Source: Clostridia bacterium (GTDB lineage Bacteria; Bacillota; Clostridia; Oscillospirales; CAG-272). From it: 64,000 nt of DNA. The stretch spans positions 13,112-77,111 of the forward strand of contig JAFVQU010000012.1 of the NCBI GenBank assembly GCA_017504625.1, written 5' to 3'. Of the stretch, positions 57,294-64,000 are shown one piece after another; the first letter of the stretch is position 1, and every line of letters starts with the position of its first letter. The translations under genes and the position numbers were made by a program. The notes beneath the pieces are model-generated. The model was not told where the DNA came from, searched no databases, and saw only the letters and a program-made list of their open reading frames with translations.

Positions 57294-57432
57294 CTTAAAA
57301 CCTTTTTGGAAAAAGGTTTTAAGAATTCCAAAAACCTTAAATAACGGTTTTTACAGAGGCTATCTATCTTTTATTTTCTTTTTCAAGGAAGTTTTTGGAG
57401 GTGCAGGAACCTTTTTTCAAAAAGGTTCCGCA
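57294..57432. repeat. Inverted pair of REP-like hairpin repeats, copies 3 and 4
   Basis: 57294-57338 (minus) and 57388-57432 (plus), both GTTTTTGG + CCTTTTT-NN-AAAAAGG hairpin. Confidence 0.75.
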
Positions 57433-57467
57433 AGCGCTCCCCCGCATCTCCGCCCCCTCGCGTCCCC

Positions 57468-59960
57468 TTACAGTCCGCTGGGGTTAAAATCCACCGATAG
57501 CGTGACCTGATCGCGACTGCCCTTTGAGAAATCGGTCAAAAGATCAGCGAAAAGCGCGCGGCTGCGCTTGTTAAGTCGGCACTTGACGACTATTCTCATT
57601 CTGTATTTTCCATCGACCTTATATACAGGCGACTCAAATGGGCCGAACACTATCATCTGCACGTCGGAAAATTCCTTAGCCGCAAGTCTGTCAAGCGACT
57701 CTCTGAGTCTTTTCGCGCCTTGAAGTGCCTGCTTTTCGTCCGCACTCGTTAAGTTAAGCAGCGCGATATCGCAATAGGGCGGGAAAACGAGCGCCTTGCG
57801 CAATCTTATCTCGGCGTTATAAAACGCCTCGTAGTCTTGCTTGCAGGCAAGCCTTATCGTGTCGTTATCGGGATTAGTCGTCTGAATTATCGCAACACCC
57901 TTGTTTTTTGAACGTCCCGCACGGCCGATAACCTGCGTGAGCATTGAAAAGGTACGCTCTGCGGCGTGGTAATCGTCCATGTAAAGCGACATATCCGCCT
58001 GAAGCACTCCGACGAGCGTGACCTTCGGGAAATCGTGTCCCTTAGTCACCATCTGCGTGCCGAGCAGAATGTCTGCCTTGCCGTCCTTAAAATCGGAGAG
58101 CATCGAGTCAAAGGAATTCTTTGCCGCCGTGCTGTCCGCGTCCATTCTGATTATCTTTTTGTCGGGGAGAAGCGTGCTTATCTTCTCCTCTATCCTCTGC
58201 GTGCCGTAGCCTAGCTTTACAAGATGCTCTGACGAGCAGGATGGACAGGTCTTGGGCATTATCTTCTTATATCCGCACCAATGACAGAACAAAAATCCGT
58301 TCTCGTATCCGCGCTTGGTGTGATAATTCATTGATATCGAGCATTTAGGACAGGTGATAATCTCGCCGCACGAGCGACAGCTGACCGAGGTGTTATATCC
58401 TCGTCTGTTTAAAAACAGTATCGCCTGCTCGCCGCGGTCTGTGACCTCCTTAAGCTCGTTTAAAAGGCGCGCTCCTATCGGAGAAATATTGCCCGCAAGC
58501 GCTTCCTTTCTCATATCGTAAATGTCGACCTCAGGAAGCGTTGCGCCGCCGTAGCGCTCTTTAAGCTCAAGCAGAGTGTATTTCCCTTCCTTTGCCTTGG
58601 TGTAGCTCTCTATTGACGGAGTTGCCGACGAAAGCAGCATCACCGCCTCACTCTTGGCGCATCTGTATCTTGCAATATCTCTCGTATGATATCTCGGAGA
58701 GGAATCCGACTTGTAGGTCGTTTCGTGCTCCTCGTCGATAACTATAAGTCCAAGCTCCTTTACGGGCGCAAAGACAGCCGAGCGCGTGCCAACGGCAAGT
58801 CTTGCCTCTCCCGAGCGAAGTCTTGTGTACGAATCAAATCTCTCGCCCGCGGAGAGTCCCGAATGGATCAGGGCAACCTTATCACCGTAGCGCGAGTTGA
58901 ATATTTTAAGCGTTTGGGGTGTTAGCGCGATCTCGGGCAGAAGCATTATTGCCCCCTTGCCACACTCAAGCGCGCGGTCGATTGCTTTGATAATGACGCT
59001 CGTCTTTCCGCTTCCGGTAACTCCATGTAAAAGAAATGCCGAAGCACCGCCCGCATCGAGCTTGTCCTTTATCTGAAGGTAAGCCTTATTTTGCTCGTCA
59101 TTGAGAATTATCTCTCCGCTATCATGCTCGCCATCCCCCGCGCCGTCACGGAAAACTCGCTTTTCGTAGCGGTTTATAAGACCTTTTTCAACGAGAGCCT
59201 TGAGCTGTGTGTTCTCAACCTCACACTCACGTCGTATTTCATCCGCAGACGTTTCTTCACCGCTATCAATCAAATATCTGATTATAGCCTTGTGCTTCTC
59301 GCTTCTGAGCTTAGTCTTGCCCTCACCCGAAAGCATCGCCTCTGCCTCCGCATTGTCTATCGCAAGCGTGTAGTAAATCTCGTAAAGCTCACGCGATTTG
59401 CCTGCGGCAACCCTGTCCTTTACGACGAGATTCTTTGATTGAAGAACCTTTATTGATTCAACCGCTACCGACGCGCCGAATTTCGCTTTTACAGCGTCAA
59501 GCGTTCTTCCGTCAGCCGCCGCGATATAATCGTAGACCAATATATCGGCGGGCGCAAGCCCATCAAGGCGCAAGCCGCTATCGTTTGCCGCCTTATAAAA
59601 CTCGGTCATCCTGCCTATTGCCGCCGTGGGAACGACGCACCTTACCGCCTCGCCTATCGAGCACAGGAAATTCTCCTTCATATACTCGCAAAGCGCCATC
59701 TCACCCTCGTCAAGCGCGGGACGGTCGGAGCATATCTCCGCCACCGTCTTTACGTCCTTATATTCGCTCGTATGTCCAAGCGACCAGACGACTCCCATCT
59801 GCTTGCGGTTTCCTCTGCCAAACGGCACGGTAACAAAGCTTCCTCGCCTTATTTCACCGCGCATTGACAGCGGAATAAAATAGGTATAGACGTTGTCAAT
59901 ACAGAAGGGATTGTCAAGCAGATACATTGACGCATATTCATAGCTTATATTTTCTTCCAT
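57468..59960 (-). CDS. priA: Primosomal protein N'
   Basis: GVTGSGKT, DEEH, four CxxC motifs, GTQMVTKGHDF, QVIGRAGR. Confidence 0.97.
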   Translation of the reverse strand: MEENISYEYASMYLLDNPFCIDNVYTYFIPLSMRGEIRRGSFVTVPFGRGNRKQMGVVWSLGHTSEYKDVKTVAEICSDRPALDEGEMALCEYMKENFLCSIGEAVRCVVPTAAIGRMTEFYKAANDSGLRLDGLAPADILVYDYIAAADGRTLDAVKAKFGASVAVESIKVLQSKNLVVKDRVAAGKSRELYEIYYTLAIDNAEAEAMLSGEGKTKLRSEKHKAIIRYLIDSGEETSADEIRRECEVENTQLKALVEKGLINRYEKRVFRDGAGDGEHDSGEIILNDEQNKAYLQIKDKLDAGGASAFLLHGVTGSGKTSVIIKAIDRALECGKGAIMLLPEIALTPQTLKIFNSRYGDKVALIHSGLSAGERFDSYTRLRSGEARLAVGTRSAVFAPVKELGLIVIDEEHETTYKSDSSPRYHTRDIARYRCAKSEAVMLLSSATPSIESYTKAKEGKYTLLELKERYGGATLPEVDIYDMRKEALAGNISPIGARLLNELKEVTDRGEQAILFLNRRGYNTSVSCRSCGEIITCPKCSISMNYHTKRGYENGFLFCHWCGYKKIMPKTCPSCSSEHLVKLGYGTQRIEEKISTLLPDKKIIRMDADSTAAKNSFDSMLSDFKDGKADILLGTQMVTKGHDFPKVTLVGVLQADMSLYMDDYHAAERTFSMLTQVIGRAGRSKNKGVAIIQTTNPDNDTIRLACKQDYEAFYNAEIRLRKALVFPPYCDIALLNLTSADEKQALQGAKRLRESLDRLAAKEFSDVQMIVFGPFESPVYKVDGKYRMRIVVKCRLNKRSRALFADLLTDFSKGSRDQVTLSVDFNPSGL

Positions 59961-60059
59961 AGCTTAATTATCCCTTCCTTTCCATAAAAGTAAAACTGTC
60001 TAAAAACCGCTTAGGCGCCGCCCCTGAAATTCGGGACCGCGCCGCAGCTTGTTATTATC

Positions 60060-60443
60060 TTATACCAATTCTTCGCCTTCGTCAGACTCGTCCTCGTCAG
60101 AGTCGTCCGCAAAAAGCTTCTTTAAGTCTACCGTTTCCTCAACAGGCTCCTCTGCCTCCTCGGTTGCGGCAACGTAGCCCTCGGGACGACGAACGATCAC
60201 ATACTCACCGTCGTGTATTCTCTTGATGGCGGTCTTTACCGCCTTCTCGTCACGAAGCTCCTTGTTGATGAGCGTGTTAATGGGCTTGTCGGTCTCCTTG
60301 TTTCCTGTCTGGGACTTCTCTGCGTCCTCTCTCTGCTTTACGTACTCGTCAGTAACGATTCTCGCGCATCTTGCGGTTGCGAGAGAAAGCTCGTAACGGT
60401 TGAAATTACCCTTTGTAAGATCGTTGATGGTTGGATAAAGCAT
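60060..60443 (-). CDS. rpoZ: RNA polymerase omega subunit (extended)
   Basis: MLYPTI..NRYEL..TARCAR..KAVKTAI; located upstream of priA. Confidence 0.8.
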   Translation of the reverse strand: MLYPTINDLTKGNFNRYELSLATARCARIVTDEYVKQREDAEKSQTGNKETDKPINTLINKELRDEKAVKTAIKRIHDGEYVIVRRPEGYVAATEEAEEPVEETVDLKKLFADDSDEDESDEGEELV

Positions 60444-60483
60444 TTTTATATATCTCCCTGTAAAAATTTTCTTTGTTGTGTAT

Positions 60484-60753
60484 TTACTCTTCGTCTTCCT
60501 CGCCAACGTCCTCGTCGGAGTCGCTGACAAGTCTGTGCGCTATCGTTTCAGCCTGCAAGGCAGACAGTATAACGTGATCGGAGTCGGTGATAATAACCGC
60601 TCTCGTTTTTCTTCCGCAGGATACGTCGATAACCCTGCCCGAGTCCTTTGCATCCTGAACTATTCTCTTTATCGGCGCGCTCTCGGGGCTTGTAAGAGTG
60701 ATTATTCTGTGCGCGGCAACCATATTGCCGTAGCCTACGTTGATAAATTTCAT
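60484..60753 (-). CDS. remA: RemA/DUF370 regulator
   Basis: [32 protein letters not shown]. Confidence 0.95.
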   Translation of the reverse strand: MKFINVGYGNMVAAHRIITLTSPESAPIKRIVQDAKDSGRVIDVSCGRKTRAVIITDSDHVILSALQAETIAHRLVSDSDEDVGEEDEE

Positions 60754-60767
60754 ACCTTCCCCCCGAT

Positions 60768-61655
60768 TTATTCGATGTTCTGTATCTGCTCGCGGATCTT
60801 TTCCATCTCGGTCTTACATTCGACGACGAGATGAGCGATCTTTGAATTCTGGCACTTTGAGCCGATAGTGTTTATCTCTCGGTTCATTTCCTGGATCAAG
60901 AAGTCAAGGCTTCTGCCGACCGCTTCTTCCTTTTCAAGATATTCGTAGAAGGCGCAGAAGTGCGAGCGAAGTCTTACGATCTCCTCGTCAATCGCCGCCT
61001 TGTCCGCGTAGATCGCGCACTCGGTCAGTATTCTGTTCTCGTCGATCGTAATGCTGTTATCTGCAAGCGCCGCCCTGAGCTTTTCCTCAAGTCGCTTGCG
61101 GTATCCGCCTATATCGCCCTCCGAGCTTTCCTCAATAACCTCGACCACGCTCTTTATATGCTCAACCTTAGCGGTAAGATCGTCCGCAATTCTCTTTCCC
61201 TCGTTAGCCCTACCCTGAAGGAAGCTCTCAATTGCCGCATTCAGCACGACCTCAAGATCGCACCAATCGGCTTCAACGTCACCGTCGGGCTTCTTTATAG
61301 AGAAGACCTCTCTGTCACGCGCGACCTCCATCACGTTTATCTCACCGTCTAGCGAAAACTGCTCCTTGAGTGAGCGCAAAGCCGCGATATACTTCGCCGC
61401 GTATTCGGTATTGATCAAAATCTCGGAATCGGTAGCCTCCTCGAATTCAACGAAAATGGCAACGTCAACCTTTCCTCTCGTTATTCCCTTTGATTGAAGA
61501 TAGGGCTTTACTCTCTGCTCAAGCGCCGCCCACGCGTGCGGAATTCTGACCTGACAGTCGAAATATCGGTTATTTACCGACTTTATCTCAACCGTAATAT
61601 CCTTGCCACCAACGCTCTGTCTACTTCTGCCAAAGGCAGTCATACTTTTAAACAT
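60768..61655 (-). CDS. yicC: YicC/YloC endoribonuclease
   Basis: [48 protein letters not shown]. Confidence 0.95.
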   Translation of the reverse strand: MFKSMTAFGRSRQSVGGKDITVEIKSVNNRYFDCQVRIPHAWAALEQRVKPYLQSKGITRGKVDVAIFVEFEEATDSEILINTEYAAKYIAALRSLKEQFSLDGEINVMEVARDREVFSIKKPDGDVEADWCDLEVVLNAAIESFLQGRANEGKRIADDLTAKVEHIKSVVEVIEESSEGDIGGYRKRLEEKLRAALADNSITIDENRILTECAIYADKAAIDEEIVRLRSHFCAFYEYLEKEEAVGRSLDFLIQEMNREINTIGSKCQNSKIAHLVVECKTEMEKIREQIQNIE

Positions 61656-61842
61656 AATATTCTCCACGGTGCGAAAAACGTCGTTTTTCCTTTGACTGTG
61701 ACGGCTTTTGCAACGAAAATCCACTCATCGCAGCACCGCCTCGCATCAAAAGGGCATATATAATCATTTTAATACATTTTGCCCTCTTTGTCAAGATTTT
61801 TTTCGCAAGAGTTATATATAATCTAAATAATAAGCTAATAAA

Positions 61843-61861
61843 GGGGCTTCAACGAAGCCCC
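61843..61861 (-). terminator. Terminator after the gtrA-like gene
   Basis: ggggcttc-gtt-gaagcccc followed by tttatt on the minus strand. Confidence 0.6.
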
Positions 61862-61869
61862 GAAAGGTT

Positions 61870-62379
61870 TTATTTCTTTTTAAAAACAAAAGTCTTGCTA
61901 AAAATATAGTTTGCGATAATAACTATAACCGCGGCAAGCACCTTTGCGCCTATCTCACAGAGATTCCACTCTTTTCCGAGGAAAAGCACCGAGGCAAGAC
62001 TCGGCAACAATGCCGCAAGTCCGAGCGCGACAAATATAGTTACAAAATAGTCGACAAAGAATGTCGCAACTCTGCCAAGCGCAAATTTCCCGAGCTGAAT
62101 ATATACGGAAGCGCTTTTATCTGCATCGGTGAACACCCATTTGCGATTCGTAAAGAATGCAAATAACACGGCGGCGATCCATTGAACCACCTGCGCGACA
62201 GTGTAGCCTACAAGGTAAGTCTGACTTGCGGTATCGTCAACGGGGAGCGAAAAAGCGCCCTTCCATATCCAAAGCACCGCGAAATATACTCCCCAGCCAA
62301 CAAAGGTGGTAAGCACGCCGAAAATAAGATAGGTCACTATCTCACGGTGCTTCTTTAAAAAATCCTTTATGCTTTGCAT
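61870..62379 (-). CDS. GtrA-family membrane protein
   Basis: YLIFGVLTT, FFTNRKWVF, NYIFSK.FVF. Confidence 0.9.
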   Translation of the reverse strand: MQSIKDFLKKHREIVTYLIFGVLTTFVGWGVYFAVLWIWKGAFSLPVDDTASQTYLVGYTVAQVVQWIAAVLFAFFTNRKWVFTDADKSASVYIQLGKFALGRVATFFVDYFVTIFVALGLAALLPSLASVLFLGKEWNLCEIGAKVLAAVIVIIANYIFSKTFVFKKK

Positions 62380-62385
62380 TTTAAA

Positions 62386-63840
62386 TCAACCGATCTTGAA
62401 GGTAGTACCCGTGCGGTCGTCAATGAGAGTTACGCCCTTATCGGCAAGATACTGGCGGATGCGGTCAGCCTCGGCAAAGTCCTTGTTCTTCTTAGCCGCC
62501 TTTCTCTGCTCGATAAGGTCGAGTATCTCCACAACGAAGGGATCGCTCATATCGTAAGCGGGAGTCTGCGCAGCCTTCTGCTCCTCCTCCGCTTTCTTCT
62601 CTGCTCTTATCTTTGCCGCAGCCTCGATAAGTCCGATCGAAAGAACGCGGTCAAAATCAGCAACGAGCGCAAGCTTGGTCTTGCCGTTGGTCTTGAGCTT
62701 CAACACATCGTAAAGCGCAGTAACCGCAAGAGAGGTGTTAAGGTCGTTGTCAAGAGCGTCGGTAAACTTCTTCTTGCCCTCGGCAAACGCCGCATCGTCA
62801 AGCTCGCCGTCGTTCTCGTCAAGCTGAGCAAGACGGGCTACGAGCTTGTTGTATGCAACAGTCGCGTTATCAAGATTTTCATAAGTGAAAACAAGCGATT
62901 TGCGATAATGAGACTGCAAGCAGAAATATCTGTACGCCAAAGGATTATATCCCTTGCTTTCAAGCAAGGAAACGGTCAGAAATTCACCGCTGGACTTTGA
63001 CATCTTACCCGAATTTGTATTAAGGTGATAAACGTGGAACCAATAGTTACACCACTTGTGACCGACAAAGGACTCGGTCTGCGCGATCTCGTTGGTGTGG
63101 TGGGGGAACTGATTGTCTATACCGCCGCAGTGGATATCAAGATACTCGCCGAGATACTTCATCGAAATACCCGAGCACTCAATATGCCAGCCGGGATAAC
63201 CGATGCCCCAAGGGGATTCCCACTTAAGCTCCTGATCGTCAAACTTCGACTTGGTGAACCAAAGCACGAAGTCTGCCTTATTTCTCTTATTCTCGTCGCC
63301 CTCAACGCCCTCGCGGACACCGACCTCAAGGTCTTCCTCGGTAAAGTCGTTGAACTTGTAATACTCGTCAAGCTTAGAGGTATCAAAGTATACGTTTCCG
63401 CCCGCTTCGTAAGCAAAGCCCTTGTCAAGAAGTCCCTGAACGAGCGCGATAAACTCTGCAATACAACCCGTAGCGGGCTGAACCGCATTCGGTATCTTTA
63501 TATTGAGCTTTGCGCAATCGGTAAAGAAAGCGTCGGTATAGAACTGCGCTATCTCAAGCACGGTCTTCTTCTCTCTCTTTGCGCCCTTGAGCATCTTATC
63601 TTCGCCCGTATCTCCGTCGCTTGAAAGATGACCTACGTCGGTGATATTCATTACTCTGTTTACGTCATATCCCGAATAGGAAAGGTACTTTTCAAGCACG
63701 TCCTCCATAATATAGGTACGCAGATTTCCTATATGCGCGAAGTGATAAACGGTAGGTCCGCAGGTATACATGCTGACCTTTCCCTCCTCGCGAGGCACGA
63801 ATTCTTCTCTTTTTCTTGTAAGTGAATTATAAAGTAACAT
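62386..63840 (-). CDS. cysS: Cysteine--tRNA ligase
   Basis: CGPTVY, HIGN, PGWHIECS, FPHH, KMSKS. Confidence 0.98.
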   Translation of the reverse strand: MLLYNSLTRKREEFVPREEGKVSMYTCGPTVYHFAHIGNLRTYIMEDVLEKYLSYSGYDVNRVMNITDVGHLSSDGDTGEDKMLKGAKREKKTVLEIAQFYTDAFFTDCAKLNIKIPNAVQPATGCIAEFIALVQGLLDKGFAYEAGGNVYFDTSKLDEYYKFNDFTEEDLEVGVREGVEGDENKRNKADFVLWFTKSKFDDQELKWESPWGIGYPGWHIECSGISMKYLGEYLDIHCGGIDNQFPHHTNEIAQTESFVGHKWCNYWFHVYHLNTNSGKMSKSSGEFLTVSLLESKGYNPLAYRYFCLQSHYRKSLVFTYENLDNATVAYNKLVARLAQLDENDGELDDAAFAEGKKKFTDALDNDLNTSLAVTALYDVLKLKTNGKTKLALVADFDRVLSIGLIEAAAKIRAEKKAEEEQKAAQTPAYDMSDPFVVEILDLIEQRKAAKKNKDFAEADRIRQYLADKGVTLIDDRTGTTFKIG

Positions 63841-63873
63841 ATTTATTCTCCAATGGGCAATCGCCCGTAAAAT

Positions 63874-64000
63874 TTAATCTATAAGCTCTGCCGCGGCGAT
63901 AATTCTGCGCGCGCGCATAAGTATCTTGCCGCCAAAATCAAGTCTTGTTCTTCTGTCTGACGGAAGCGCCCATGCCGTGACCTCAACGTCAAGCACGCCG
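63874..64000 (-). CDS. 3' end of an unidentified gene, truncated by the window edge
   Basis: Open frame GVLDVEVTAWALPSDRRTRLDFGGKILMRARRIIAAAELID*. Confidence 0.5.
   Translation of the reverse strand, partial: GVLDVEVTAWALPSDRRTRLDFGGKILMRARRIIAAAELID

Noticed and set aside
44115-57432. Hairpin repeats as a CRISPR array
   Set aside because: Dispersed, non-identical, no regular spacers and no cas genes.
63841-63873. T-box leader for cysS
   Set aside because: Only 33 nt are available between the upstream gene and cysS.

Overview
Ordinary chromosomal DNA from a spore-forming Clostridia-class bacterium (Bacillota; taxonomy inferred from SCIFF, spoIIE, spoVM, remA and sigma-A promoters). It holds about 50 genes, with no CRISPR array, prophage, transposase, rRNA or tRNA seen. 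The left and middle parts carry metabolic and transport genes. The right part is a streamlined yicC-remA-rpoZ-priA-def-fmt-rsmB-rlmN-PASTA-rsgA-thiN-spoVM cluster followed by gtrA-like and cysS genes. Two small genes absent from the ORF track were read by hand: the ranthipeptide precursor scfA (8066-8209) and spoVM (50782-50871). Main leads: (1) a likely two-riboswitch cofactor-salvage transcript (enlarged THF riboswitch, then a FolT-FolC fusion, then a preQ1-I riboswitch, then queT); (2) an MFS permease fused to a GH2 glycosidase; (3) an ERIC-like palindromic element between scfA and scfB; (4) a dispersed hairpin repeat with covarying stems that sits just upstream of start codons; (5) a kinase-less PASTA protein where prpC-prkC normally lies; (6) a LytTR/DUF3021 system with a visible 21-bp-period operator; (7) three tandem orphan solute-binding lipoproteins. 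All family assignments come from motif recognition by eye, not database searches.
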